Positions 1 to 9,687 are shown, numbered from the stretch's first letter. The stretch: DNA of 23,738 nucleotides from an uncultured Gammaproteobacteria bacterium (GCA_963827755.1 CAWHCQ010000019.1:1-23738); one strand, 5' to 3'. Numbers and translations are program-made. The notes: generated by a model from the sequence alone, not told the origin.

Positions 1-1255
1 GGTCCTGTCGGGGGTGCTGCTGCTGGCGGGTGCGCTGGTCTACTATCACAATACCGGCTCACTGGCATTTGATCACATCGGTCTGGAGGCGGGTGTTGCC
101 GGCTGGTTGATCTTTATCGCCTTCGGAATCAAAAGCGCCTTTCCGTTTCTGCACAGCTGGCTTACCGATGGTTACCCTGAAGCGACAGTGACCGGCACAG
201 TCCTGCTCTCCGCTTTTACCACCAAGGTTGCCGTCTATAGCCTGGCACGAGGCTTTGCAGGTGAAGAGATCCTGATCTATATCGGTGTCACCATGGCCTG
301 CTTCCCGATTTTCTACGCGGTTATCGAGAATGACCTGCGCAGGGTGCTGGCCTACAGCCTGATCAACCAGGTCGGCTTCATGGTGACGGGTATCGGGATT
401 GGTACCGCCCTGGCGCTGAATGGCGCCGTCGCTCACGCATTCAGTGACGTGATCTTTAAAGGGCTGCTGTTTATGAGCATGGGTGCGGTGCTCTACCGGA
501 CCGGTAACATCAATGGATCGGATCTGGGTGGACTCTACAAGTCCATGCCCAAAACCACCCTGCTTTGTATTATCGGTGCACTATCCATCTCTGCATTCCC
601 GCTGTTCAGTGGTTTTGTCAGCAAGTCGATGGTGATGACCGCACTGATGCAGGAAGATCATGGCTATTTCTGGCTGTTGATGCTGTTCGCCTCAGCCGGT
701 GTATTCCATCACGCAGGCATCAAGATCCCCTACTTTGCCTTCTTCCACCACGATTCCGGCATACGTACCGAAGAAGCGCCGCGGAACATGCTGGTGGCAA
801 TGAGCGTGGCGGCGGCCCTCTGTATCTTTATTGGCACCCAGCCCCAGTATCTCTATGCGTTGCTGCCCTGGGAGGTGGAATACTGGCCCTATGATCTGAC
901 CCATGTACTGGCGCAAACGCAGTTACTGTTTTTCTCCGCCCTGGCCTTTGTCTGGTTGAACAAACAGGGGCTGTATCCGCCGGAACTGCACTCGGTCAAC
1001 CTGGATGCAGAGTGGTTCTATCGCCGGTTATTGCCTGCCGGCGCGCAACGAACCCTGAACCTTCTGCGCAGTGCAAAAGCATCGACGCTGACAACGGTAA
1101 CGGCACAGATGCAGGGTGTGCAAAACGAATTCGGCAAATCACCGATGGCCAAATACCATCTCTCGGAGAGTTGGCCTACCGGGAGCATGGTCTTCTGGAT
1201 TTCAGCTATCCTTGCTGCTTTTCTGTTGCTGGATCTCTTTGGTTTGGGACGTTAG
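1..1255 (+). CDS. Na+/H+ antiporter Mrp/Mnh subunit D-like proton-conducting membrane protein (5' truncated by window)
   Basis: Frame is open from the window edge. Highly hydrophobic, with complex I/Mrp antiporter-module motifs (GIKSAFPFLHSWLTDGYPEA, LLSAFTTK, DLRRVLAYS, HAFSDVIFKGLLF, LGGLYKSMP, PLFSGFVSK). Confidence 0.85.
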   Translation, partial: VLSGVLLLAGALVYYHNTGSLAFDHIGLEAGVAGWLIFIAFGIKSAFPFLHSWLTDGYPEATVTGTVLLSAFTTKVAVYSLARGFAGEEILIYIGVTMACFPIFYAVIENDLRRVLAYSLINQVGFMVTGIGIGTALALNGAVAHAFSDVIFKGLLFMSMGAVLYRTGNINGSDLGGLYKSMPKTTLLCIIGALSISAFPLFSGFVSKSMVMTALMQEDHGYFWLLMLFASAGVFHHAGIKIPYFAFFHHDSGIRTEEAPRNMLVAMSVAAALCIFIGTQPQYLYALLPWEVEYWPYDLTHVLAQTQLLFFSALAFVWLNKQGLYPPELHSVNLDAEWFYRRLLPAGAQRTLNLLRSAKASTLTTVTAQMQGVQNEFGKSPMAKYHLSESWPTGSMVFWISAILAAFLLLDLFGLGR

Positions 1256-1965
1256 CTTGAAGTGGCTGAGGACAAAACCCCGATAGATTCGAGATACTCT
1301 GCTGCTGAACCACAGAAGTAGCCGGAGATATCATCAAGAGAAGTTAAGTCGCTGGATATATCACTTTCCCTGAATATCTCCTTTTGTCTGGCGACAGCCA
1401 ATACGAGTTTTGGCGTTCTTTTCCATTCACATTTATCCCCCTGGAAGATGCTACGTGTTGAAGTATGCAGAGAGGACAAATGCGAGGCGTAATCTCTCAG
1501 ATTACCGTCGAATCGCTGTAACTCTATTGTTTTTCCGTTCCAGGCTGATTGACGAACTTTACTGGTGTCAATTTCTGCACCTTGGGTGTCTTTAAGGCTG
1601 CGGTATTCATAGCCTTCTTTGTAGAACAATAATTCCGGATCGCGATCAACAAAGAAACCCCATAGCGCAGTTTTTTGTTCCCATCCTGCAAAGTAAAAGA
1701 AGCCGTCATAGTCTGTCGTCGTCTCCATGATATTCAGATGATCGGCGGGTCTTTTTCCTCCCAGTGTGCTTTTGTGGAGCTGCCAATTGGCAACGACGAT
1801 AACGCCTTCAATAGGCTTTTTCGTATCGGCATCTATTACACACCCTTCAGTGGGTTCGGCAGAATAGCGGTTGCATGCCGTTAGAGTGAAGGCACTTGCA
1901 CACAGAACAATCCAGGATCTGATTTTTAACTTCCATGTTTTACGCAGCGGTATCAATATGCTCAT
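1252..1965 (-). CDS. Putative lipoprotein with an N-terminal carboxypeptidase-regulatory/transthyretin-like beta domain
   Basis: Basic N-terminus, hydrophobic stretch and lipobox LTAC, then GCVIDADTKKPIEGVIVV ... TTDYDGFFYF ... LLFYKEGY. ATG at 1965 is preferred over the TTG at 2070. Stop overlaps the convergent mrpD-like stop by 4 bp. Confidence 0.7.
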   Translation of the reverse strand: MSILIPLRKTWKLKIRSWIVLCASAFTLTACNRYSAEPTEGCVIDADTKKPIEGVIVVANWQLHKSTLGGKRPADHLNIMETTTDYDGFFYFAGWEQKTALWGFFVDRDPELLFYKEGYEYRSLKDTQGAEIDTSKVRQSAWNGKTIELQRFDGNLRDYASHLSSLHTSTRSIFQGDKCEWKRTPKLVLAVARQKEIFRESDISSDLTSLDDISGYFCGSAAEYLESIGVLSSATSS

Positions 1966-2197
1966 TGAGGGGCGACTTTGTAAATGAAAGTTTGGAAATA
2001 AAGATGTTTGATTTTGCATGGCATATTCTGCGATTTTAGCGCTATATTTATCCGTGTATTTTCGCGCCAAAGAGGCTTAACTTGGCGCCATTCGGATCAG
2101 ACTCGATTGATTTCTATCTCCTGCTCCACTGTGATGATATGTTTCAAACTCTCGATCAGCTCATTGTATTTTAATAAACAATAAACCATGACGAGGC

Positions 2198-2215
2198 CTA
2201 CTCCCACTCGATTGT
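2198..2215 (-). repeat. att core copy (duplicated guaA 3' end)
   Basis: Minus strand reads ACA ATC GAG TGG GAG TAG (T-I-E-W-E-stop). guaA itself ends ACC ATC GAG TGG GAG TGA. Confidence 0.85.
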
Positions 2216-2239
2216 AAACGAGCCATTTTTACAATTTTA

Positions 2240-2252
2240 TATCAATGGCTTA
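2240..2252 (+). promoter_or_regulatory. IHF-binding consensus site (left att arm)
   Basis: TATCAATGGCTTA matches WATCAANNNNTTR and lies between the core and the arm repeat. Confidence 0.6.
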
Positions 2253-2270
2253 GTTGTTGGGGTATGCAGT

Positions 2271-2291
2271 AATACCATGAAAAATACCATG
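2271..2291 (+). repeat. Tandem AATACCATG pair, putative integrase arm-type sites
   Basis: AATACCATGAAAAATACCATG; the first 20 bp are identical to 3662-3681. Confidence 0.75.
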
Positions 2292-2341
2292 CTCAGAAAT
2301 TGTTGCCGATTATCATCAAAAATCCCAATTCCCGAAGAAAA

Positions 2342-3488
2342 TCATTGCTTCATCAGACCTTGCACAGCCGGTTTAACGGTCGTTAACTCATAGCGCGTGG
2401 TTCTACCACCACCTGGTAACGGGATGATAATGCCCTTGGCAACCAGGTCAGAAAGATCACGGCTGGCTGTTCGATTGGGGCACTTGGTGATCGCTTCATA
2501 TTTTTTGGTCGTTATTCCGCCTTCAAAGCCCTTTCGACCTTCAGCGAATACCCGCGATACCATCCTGGCCTGCCGGTCATTCAACTGGTCGCCATAGACT
2601 TCATAAAAACGTGTCTTGGCCAGTACAAAGTTCACCTCTTCGCTGGCAATTTCCTGTGCCTTGATTATTGTGTCTGCGAAAGTAATCCAGCCAAACGTTA
2701 ACATCCAGGCTTCCACGACTCGCTTTCTCCAGTTGCAGGTAATAGGTTTTCTTGTCCGCCTCTATCGCCGTGGCAAGACAAGCCGTGGTCGGATAGCCGA
2801 GAGACTGCGAAAGCGCATGGTCAGCGATCGCCCTGCCAACTCGACCATTACCATCATCGAAGGGGTGAATCACCTCGAACCAGAGATGAGCAATACCTGC
2901 TCTCGCGATCCCATATATTGTCTTATCCTCGCTCAAAGGACTGGTTTGGTTGTACCAGTCGATAAGCCTCGCCATTTCATCAGGCACCTGAGTCGCTGGC
3001 GGGGCCTCATAGTGAACCTTTTCCCGCCCGTAAGGCCCGCTCACTATTTGCATCGGTGAAGGATCATTGCGGTATGCGCCACGCAGAATAGACGTGTAGC
3101 GCTGTTCCGGGACAGCCATGGATTGCCACTTGCCCAGCAGGTCATGCGTCAGGGATGTTTGCCAGTTCTTGCGGACGTCCACCAGCAGCGATGCAGCCCC
3201 AGCAGCTTTCTGGTCTGAGTTGTCCGGTAGCGTATCCGATGTAATTAATGAGAGCAGCGATGACCTGACCGACTCTCTGTCCAGATCCTCGCCCTCAATG
3301 GCGCTGGTTTTGATGGCCTCGGAAAGCATCAAGTCAATCGTGGCATCCTCTTGGGACGCCATCGGTAGCGCATCGAAGCTGCCCGCCAGCCGCTCTGAGT
3401 TCAGGCGAAATTCTAGTTCCCGATCATTGAGCGCGCGATTGTCATAGCGAAAATCTGGCCAGTCGGGCTGTTGCCATGTCCACTTCAT
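2342..3488 (-). CDS. fic: Fic family protein (DUF4172-like N-terminus, Fic domain, C-terminal winged HTH); one +1 frameshift near 2679-2681
   Basis: Canonical motif HPFDDGNGRVGR, inhibitory motif TSAIEG, N-terminal WTWQQPDWPDFRYD and C-terminal TKCPNRTASRDLSDLVAKGII. Removing one base joins WLDYF to ADTIIKAQ, giving ~381 aa. Confidence 0.9.
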
Positions 3489-3560
3489 GGCGCGATTCTA
3501 GCACGTATTCACGCCACATTATAGTCATATTTGGCGCGCTTAAAGCCCTAAATCACGCCA
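3488..3560 (-). promoter_or_regulatory. fic promoter region with two tandem palindromic operators
   Basis: TGGCGCG(A/C)-N13-TCACGCCA at 3488-3516 and 3532-3560. On the minus strand, extended -10 TGcTAGAAT at 3495-3503 and TATAAT at 3518-3523. Confidence 0.55.
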
Positions 3561-3598
3561 TGCTCGTTCAGAACGCGATATCTGAGTGCCGACCGCTG

Positions 3599-3681
3599 AT
3601 ACCATGATTACGCCAATCTGCCACTCATGGTATTGCTGCTTTCTGCCTTACAGCACTCGGAAATACCATGAAAAATACCAT
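3599..3681 (+). repeat. Arm-type repeat cluster (right end of islet)
   Basis: ATACCATGA at 3599-3607, its inverse TCATGGTAT at 3625-3633, and AATACCATGAAAAATACCAT at 3662-3681. Confidence 0.75.
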
Positions 3682-3727
3682 TGACGATGCAGATTATATT
3701 ATCAATAAGATTTATTTTATCGTTTTA

Positions 3728-3740
3728 AATCAATGCGTTA
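3728..3740 (+). promoter_or_regulatory. IHF-binding consensus site (right att arm)
   Basis: AATCAATGCGTTA matches WATCAANNNNTTR and is preceded by an A/T tract. Confidence 0.6.
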
Positions 3741-3750
3741 AAAATTCCGG

Positions 3751-5338
3751 TCACTCCCACTCGATGGTCGCGGGCGGTTTGCCGGAGATATCGTAGGCGA
3801 CGCGGGAGATATCCGGGACCTCGTTGATAATGCGCCGCGACACCAGGTCGAGGAATTCATAGGGCAGGTGTGCCCAGCGGGCGGTCATGAAATCGACGGT
3901 TTCAACGGCGCGAATGGCAACCACCCAGGAATAACGGCGGCCATCACCGGTCACGCCCACCGACCTGACCGGCAGGAATACCGTAAAGGCCTGGCTGACC
4001 GAGTTGTACAAATCGTGGCGCTGCAGTTCCTCGATAAAGATGTGGTCGGCCAGCCGCAGCGTGTCGGCATATTCCTTTTTCACTTCGCCGAGGATGCGCA
4101 CACCCAGGCCCGGCCCCGGGAAGGGGTGGCGGTAGACCATGTCATAGGGCAGTCCGAGCTCCACGCCGAGCTTGCGCACCTCGTCCTTGAACAGCTCGCG
4201 CAGGGGTTCCAGCAGCTTCAGGTTCATGTGTTCCGGCAGTCCACCGACGTTATGATGCGACTTGATCAGGTGCGCCTTGCCGGTCCTTGCCCCGGCCGAC
4301 TCGATCACGTCCGGGTAGATCGTGCCCTGCGCCAGCCACGCGGTGTCGTTCTTCAGCTTGCCCGCCTCTTCATCGAAGATCTCGATGAACAGGTTGCCGA
4401 TGATCTTGCGTTTCTTTTCCGGTTCACTCACGCCTGCCAGTGCCGCGAGAAAACGCGCCTCTGCATCGACGCGGATCACCCGCACGCCCATGTGTTCGGC
4501 AAAAGTCGCCATCACCTGGTCGCCTTCGCGGTAACGCAACAGGCCGTTATCGACGAACACGCAGACCAGTTGATCACCGATCGCCTTGTGCAACAGCGCC
4601 GCCACCACCGATGAATCGACACCGCCGGAAAGGCCCAGCAGCACCTTGCCGTTACCCACCTGCTCACGGATATCCAGCACATAGCGCTCACCGATATGGT
4701 CGGCGGTCCAGAGTGCATCACAGCCGCACAGGTCGATCACGAAGCGCTGCAGGATGCGTTCACCCTGGTGGGTGTGGGTCACTTCCGGATGAAACTGCAG
4801 GCCATAGTAGCCGCGCGCATCATCGGCCATGGCGGCGACCGGGGCGCTGTCGGTACTGGCAATGACCTTGAAGCCGTCGGGCAGTTCGGTGACGCGGTCA
4901 CCGTGGCTCATCCAGACATCGAGCAGGCCATAAGCCCTCGGGGCTGGTATGGTCTTCGATGTCGCTGAGCAGGCGCGAATGGCCGCGGGCACGCACCTGC
5001 GCATAGCCGTATTCGTGGTGGTCCGCGTTTTCGACACTGCCGCCCAGCTGGGCCGCCATCGTCTGCATGCCGTAACAGATGCCCAGTACCGGTATGCCCA
5101 GTTCGAACACAATCGCCGGTGCCTGCGGCGCACGCCCGCCGGTGACCGTCTCCGGGCCACCGGAGAGGATCACGCCCCGGGGTGCAAAGTCGGTAATTTC
5201 ATGCGCCTCGATATCGTAGGGAAAGATTTCGCAGTACACCCCGAGCTCGCGCACGCGGCGCGCGATCAGCTGGGTGTACTGGGAGCCGAAATCCAGGATC
5301 AGGATCCGGTGTGCATGGATGTCGTTAGAGGGATTCAA
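3751..5338 (-). CDS. guaA: Glutamine-hydrolyzing GMP synthase; apparent +1 frameshift near 4932
   Basis: [56 protein letters not shown] and KPPATIEWE. The two ORFs join (PEG-YGLLDVW) if one base is removed. The TTG start is uncertain. Confidence 0.97.
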
Positions 5339-5395
5339 GATTTACCGCCAGGTTGTAATGGGCATGGAAAGAATTTAAATACAGGTTGGGCACCA

Positions 5396-5479
5396 TGTCG
5401 GGTTCGTCGCTGCGCTCCTTAACCCGACCGCAGGGTGTGCAGGTTAATGTAGGACGGGTAAAGCGAAGCGTACCCGTCA
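5396..5479. repeat. Two back-to-back REP-like palindromes in the guaB-guaA spacer
   Basis: TGTCGGGTTCGTCGCTGCGCTCCTTAACCCGAC(CGCA) and GTAGGACGGGTAAAGCGAAGCGTACCCGTCA; GTAG-type REP architecture. Confidence 0.7.
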
Positions 5480-5508
5480 GCGGTATCGCACCGGATGAAA
5501 AAACAGGC

Positions 5509-6966
5509 TCAATCGACGCGGTAATTCGGCGCTTCCTTGGTGATCGACACATCGTGCACGTGGCTTTCTTTCATGCCGGCACCGGTGACGCGGATGAATT
5601 CGGGCTTGTTGCGCATCTCTTCAATACTGGCACAGCCGGTGTACCCCATGCTGGCACGCACACCGCCCATCAACTGGTGCAGGATGGTGAGCATCGTGCC
5701 CTTGTAGGGGACACGGCCTTCGATGCCTTCCGGCACCAGCTTGTCCTGCTCGCCGCCTTCCTGGAAATAGCGGTCACTGGAACCCTGCTTCATCGCCCCG
5801 AGCGAACCCATGCCGCGATACGCCTTGTAGGAGCGGCCCTGGTAGAGTTCAACCTCGCCCGGCGCCTCTTCGGTACCGGCGAACATGCTGCCGATCATGA
5901 CGGACCAGGCGCCGGCGGCCAGCGCCTTGGCGATATCGCCTGAATAACGGATGCCGCCGTCGGCGATCAGCGGGATGCCGTCCTTTCTCAGCTCATCGGC
6001 CACATTGGCAACCGCCGTGATCTGCGGCACGCCGATGCCCGAGATGATGCGCGTCGTACAGATGGAGCCCGGACCGATACCGACCTTTACCGCATCGGCA
6101 CCGGCTTCGACCAGTGCACGGGCGGCGGCGGCCGTTGCGATATTGCCGCCGATAACCTGTACCTCCGGGAAATGTTTTTTCACCCAGCGCACCCGGTCAA
6201 GCACGCCCTGCGAGTGCCCGTGCGCCGTATCGACAACCACGACATCGACACCCGCTCTGACGACCGCCTCGATACGCTCCTCGGTACTGCCCCCGGTGCC
6301 GACGGCTGCACCGACGCGCAGGCGCCCCTGCTCATCCTTGCAGGCATTCGGAAAGTCGGTGGACTTCTGGATATCCTTGACCGCGATCATGCCGCGCAGC
6401 TTGAAGTCCTCGTTGATCACCAGCACGCGCTCGATGCGATGCTTGTGCAACAGGGCGATCACCTCTTCCTTGTCGGCCCCCTCCTGTACCGTGACCAGCC
6501 GCTCCTTCGGCGTCATCACGCTGGAGACCGGGTTGTCGAGGTTGGTCTCGAAACGACGGTCGCGGCTGGTAACGATGCCGACCAGGTTGTCGCCATCCAT
6601 GACCGGCACGCCGGATATATTGTTGGCGCTGGTCAGTGCGATGACCTCGCGAATGGTGGCGTCGGGCGAAACGGTGATGGGGTCCTTGATCACCCCGCTT
6701 TCGAAGCGCTTGGTTTTGCGCACCTCGGCGGCCTGTTCCTCGGGCGTCAGGTTCTTGTGAATGATACCGACGCCGCCTTCCTGGGCCAGGGTGATGGCCA
6801 GCCGCGACTCGGTCACGGTATCCATGGCGGCCGACAGCAGCGGAATTTTCAGCTCGATCTCGCGGGTCAGCAGGCTGGTCAGGCTGACATCGCGCGGCAG
6901 GACGGTGGAATGTGCCGGCAGCAGCAGGACATCATCGAAAGTAAGGGCTTCCTGCGTGATTCGCAT
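5509..6966 (-). CDS. guaB: IMP dehydrogenase
   Basis: [23 protein letters not shown] pair, catalytic loop [17 protein letters not shown] and EAPNY. Start taken at MRITQEAL. Confidence 0.98.
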   Translation of the reverse strand: MRITQEALTFDDVLLLPAHSTVLPRDVSLTSLLTREIELKIPLLSAAMDTVTESRLAITLAQEGGVGIIHKNLTPEEQAAEVRKTKRFESGVIKDPITVSPDATIREVIALTSANNISGVPVMDGDNLVGIVTSRDRRFETNLDNPVSSVMTPKERLVTVQEGADKEEVIALLHKHRIERVLVINEDFKLRGMIAVKDIQKSTDFPNACKDEQGRLRVGAAVGTGGSTEERIEAVVRAGVDVVVVDTAHGHSQGVLDRVRWVKKHFPEVQVIGGNIATAAAARALVEAGADAVKVGIGPGSICTTRIISGIGVPQITAVANVADELRKDGIPLIADGGIRYSGDIAKALAAGAWSVMIGSMFAGTEEAPGEVELYQGRSYKAYRGMGSLGAMKQGSSDRYFQEGGEQDKLVPEGIEGRVPYKGTMLTILHQLMGGVRASMGYTGCASIEEMRNKPEFIRVTGAGMKESHVHDVSITKEAPNYRVD

Positions 6967-6995
6967 GGGCAGTCGGGTTCCGCTGGTGTGAGAAT

Positions 6996-7032
6996 GGCCG
7001 CCAATTATAGGGACTGCGGCTACCGCGGTAAA
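6996..7032 (-). promoter_or_regulatory. Sigma70 promoter of guaBA with GC-rich discriminator
   Basis: Minus strand TTTACC (7032-7027), 17-bp spacer, TATAAT (7009-7004), followed by TGGCGGCC. Confidence 0.6.
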
Positions 7033-7078
7033 CTCCGCAGCGGCCTTTTTCACCCGATTAGGTGTATCCTTGCCCGGC

Positions 7079-8464
7079 ATGACAGATTCAGCAGCGCAAA
7101 CAGGCGGCAGCCCGGCGGAGCGGGACATCTACAGCGTGTCGCGACTCAACCAGGCGGCGCGTAAATTACTCGAACAGGGCCTCGCCCGGATCTGGCTGGA
7201 GGGCGAACTTTCCAATATCGCGCGCCCCTCTTCCGGCCACCTCTACTTCACCCTCAAGGATGACAAGGCACAGATACGCGGCGCCATGTTTCGCAACCGC
7301 AACCAGCTGCTGCGTTTTAAAATCGAGGAAGGCATGCAGGTGCTGGTGCGTGCAAAGGTCAGCTTGTATGAACCGCGCGGTGATTACCAGCTGATTGCCG
7401 AGTACATGGAAGAAGCCGGCGACGGTGTCCTGCTGCGTGCCTATGAAGCGCTGAAACTCAAACTTGAACAAGAAGGCCTGTTCTCCACTGACCACAAGCA
7501 GGCGTTGCCGCTGTTGCCGAAGCGTATCGGCGTCATCACCTCGCCCAGCGGTGCGGCTATCCGTGATGTCATCAGCGTGCTGGGGCGTCGCTTCCCGGCC
7601 ATTCCGGTGCTGGTTTACCCGGTTGCAGTCCAGGGCAAGGATGCCGGCAGGGACATTGCCGCCATGATCGGGACCGCCGACAGGCGCAACGAATGTGACG
7701 TGCTGATCCTGACGCGCGGCGGCGGTTCACTGGAAGACCTGTGGGCCTTCAACGAGGAAATTGTTGCCCGCGCCATTCATGACTGCCGCATTCCGCTGGT
7801 CAGCGCCGTTGGCCATGAAATTGATTTCACCATCGCCGACTTTGTCGCCGACCAGCGCGCGCCGACGCCGTCAGCCGCCGCCGAACTGGTGAGCCCCGAC
7901 CAGGATGAATGGCTGGCCCAGGTCGGTAATCTGCAGCGCCGCATCGGCCGCCATCTCCAGCAGGGAATTGTCGAACGGCGACAACGCATGGACTGGCTGA
8001 GCAAGCGCCTGCAGCTGCGCCATCCCGGCCAGTACCTGCGCCAGCAGGCGCAGCGGCTGGACGAGTTCGAGCAGCGAATTCGGCTCTCAATACAATCTAA
8101 TTTCAGTAACTTGCAGTCATCTCTTGATGCAAAGCTTGCACGCCTGAAACAGGCCACACCCGGCCACCGGATAAGCCGCATCGAGCTGCAGCGGCGCGGG
8201 CTGGCACAACGCCTGGGTGCGGCCATGCACACCCTGCTACAGGCCCGCGTACGCCAGCTGGGAAGTGCCTGCCGGACACTGGATGCCGTCAGTCCACTGG
8301 CGACACTGGAACGCGGCTACGCGATTGTCACCCGGCCGGCCGGCAACAGGATTATCCGCAGGGCCGCGGACATTCGGGTCGGTGAACAGATCGAGGCACG
8401 CCTGGCCGATGGGCGCCTTTTGTGTACGGTTGATAAAACCCTTAAAGTTGAAAAGAACAGCTAA
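7079..8464 (+). CDS. xseA: Exodeoxyribonuclease VII large subunit
   Basis: [67 protein letters not shown] and [11 protein letters not shown]. Divergent from guaB as in many Gammaproteobacteria. Confidence 0.97.
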   Translation: MTDSAAQTGGSPAERDIYSVSRLNQAARKLLEQGLARIWLEGELSNIARPSSGHLYFTLKDDKAQIRGAMFRNRNQLLRFKIEEGMQVLVRAKVSLYEPRGDYQLIAEYMEEAGDGVLLRAYEALKLKLEQEGLFSTDHKQALPLLPKRIGVITSPSGAAIRDVISVLGRRFPAIPVLVYPVAVQGKDAGRDIAAMIGTADRRNECDVLILTRGGGSLEDLWAFNEEIVARAIHDCRIPLVSAVGHEIDFTIADFVADQRAPTPSAAAELVSPDQDEWLAQVGNLQRRIGRHLQQGIVERRQRMDWLSKRLQLRHPGQYLRQQAQRLDEFEQRIRLSIQSNFSNLQSSLDAKLARLKQATPGHRISRIELQRRGLAQRLGAAMHTLLQARVRQLGSACRTLDAVSPLATLERGYAIVTRPAGNRIIRRAADIRVGEQIEARLADGRLLCTVDKTLKVEKNS

Positions 8465-8476
8465 AATCACAACCAT

Positions 8477-8499
8477 CCCCTCTCCCACAGGGAGAAGGA
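8477..8499. repeat. CCCTCTCCC...GGGAGA short palindrome, possible terminator
   Basis: CCCCTCTCCCACAGGGAGAAGG followed by a T-rich tract downstream of xseA; related to the hairpin at 21410-21463. Confidence 0.45.
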
Positions 8500-8595
8500 A
8501 ATCTCTTTTGTTTTGACAGGTCATTCATCATGCCCTGCTTACCATTGCAGGAGCAGATTACTTCCTGCAATATTTCGCCAGAGGAAAACACAAAC

Positions 8596-9459
8596 ATGTT
8601 ACGTCTGATCTTTATCGCTGCACTCGGCCTGCAGCTATCCGTGGCGGATGCCGCACCGTTCAGGGCAGAACCGGTACCCGGAGGCGTGGCGGCTATCGTA
8701 CTCCCGGAAGACACCGACATAGCGTCACTGCGTTACCGTGACCGGCGCATCCTGACAATCAAACAGGACAAGCAGACGCTTGCACTGATCGGTCTGTCGC
8801 TGGCAACGAAACCGGGGGCGGCCTGGCTCACGGGGAAAAATACAAACGGCGCATCGATGCGCTTGCCTTTTTATGTTGCCGACAAGTCCTACGAAGAACA
8901 GCACATTACCATCAAGGACAAGCGCAAGGTCAACCCGGAAAAGCGCGACATGGAACGCATTACCCGCGAGAAGAAACAAATCACTGCCGCCCTGCGCAAC
9001 TGGTCAGCCCGCGATGATATTATTGTCAACTTCCGCAAACCGGTCGAGGGGCCGACCAGCAGCCCGTTTGGCCTGCGGCGTTTTTTCAACGAACAGCCTC
9101 GCAACCCGCACAGCGGGCTGGATATCGCCGCACCGGCAGGCACCCCCATCAAGGCACCGGCCGCCGGCGTCATCAGCGATACCGGTGAATTTTTCTTCAA
9201 CGGCAATACCGTCTTCATCGACCACGGCCAGGGGCTGGTGACGATGTACTGCCATATGAGTGAAATCGATGTAAAACCCGGCCAATTCGTCGCCGCAGGC
9301 GAGACCATCGGCAAAGTCGGCATGACCGGCCGGGTAACCGGGCCACACCTGCACTGGGGCGTCAGCCTCAACAATGCGCGCGTCGACCCGCTGCTCTTCC
9401 TCGGCGAGGAAGCCCCTGAAAGCAGCGCGAGTGCAGCGCCAGGCAGGAAATCACCATGA
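8596..9459 (+). CDS. M23 family peptidoglycan DD-metalloendopeptidase with signal peptide
   Basis: GAGGA Shine-Dalgarno at 8581, signal peptide, and motifs HSGLD (HxxxD), GNTVFIDHGQG, YCH and TGPHLHW (HxH). Confidence 0.93.
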   Translation: MLRLIFIAALGLQLSVADAAPFRAEPVPGGVAAIVLPEDTDIASLRYRDRRILTIKQDKQTLALIGLSLATKPGAAWLTGKNTNGASMRLPFYVADKSYEEQHITIKDKRKVNPEKRDMERITREKKQITAALRNWSARDDIIVNFRKPVEGPTSSPFGLRRFFNEQPRNPHSGLDIAAPAGTPIKAPAAGVISDTGEFFFNGNTVFIDHGQGLVTMYCHMSEIDVKPGQFVAAGETIGKVGMTGRVTGPHLHWGVSLNNARVDPLLFLGEEAPESSASAAPGRKSP

Positions 9460-9674
9460 AATCACTGGACAGTTACGCACTCACCGATCTGAAACGCATC
9501 TATCGTACCCTGCACAGTCATTTGCAGGAAGATTTCGAACTGATGGACTCCGAGCTGTTGCTGGACCTGCAGACCCTGCTGCAGGCCAGGGCCACAGCCG
9601 AGGGCGTTGACGTCTCTATCCACGCGCAATGGGCAGCCTGGCTCAACGACGGTAAACCGGTAAGTTGCACATAG
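9456..9674 (+). CDS. Small acidic helical hypothetical protein (72 aa)
   Basis: ATGA overlap with the M23 stop, AGGA upstream, host-like codon usage and natural-looking composition. Confidence 0.7.
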   Translation: MKSLDSYALTDLKRIYRTLHSHLQEDFELMDSELLLDLQTLLQARATAEGVDVSIHAQWAAWLNDGKPVSCT

Positions 9675-9687
9675 CTATCGGCTTTTT

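Larger units (their letters stand above)
2200..3765. mobile_element. Minimal integrase-less genomic islet integrated at the 3' end of guaA
   Basis: ACTCCCACTCGAT direct repeat at 2200-2212 and 3753-3765. Identical 20-bp repeats at 2271-2290 and 3662-3681, IHF-consensus sites near both ends, AT-rich termini, and a single Fic cargo gene. Confidence 0.8.

Noticed and set aside
2342-2716. Separate 124-aa HTH antitoxin downstream of fic
   Set aside because: Its start overlaps the Fic ORF out of frame. It is the C-terminus of the Fic protein after removing one base.
4898-5160. Programmed frameshift or naturally split guaA
   Set aside because: There is no slippery heptamer and no plausible start for the second part. 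The break falls inside the glutaminase domain, and the same +1 error type occurs three more times in the window.
3868-7164. Long antisense ORFs opposite guaA and guaB (also opposite hisG, murA and others)
   Set aside because: These are shadow ORFs expected from high-GC codon bias.
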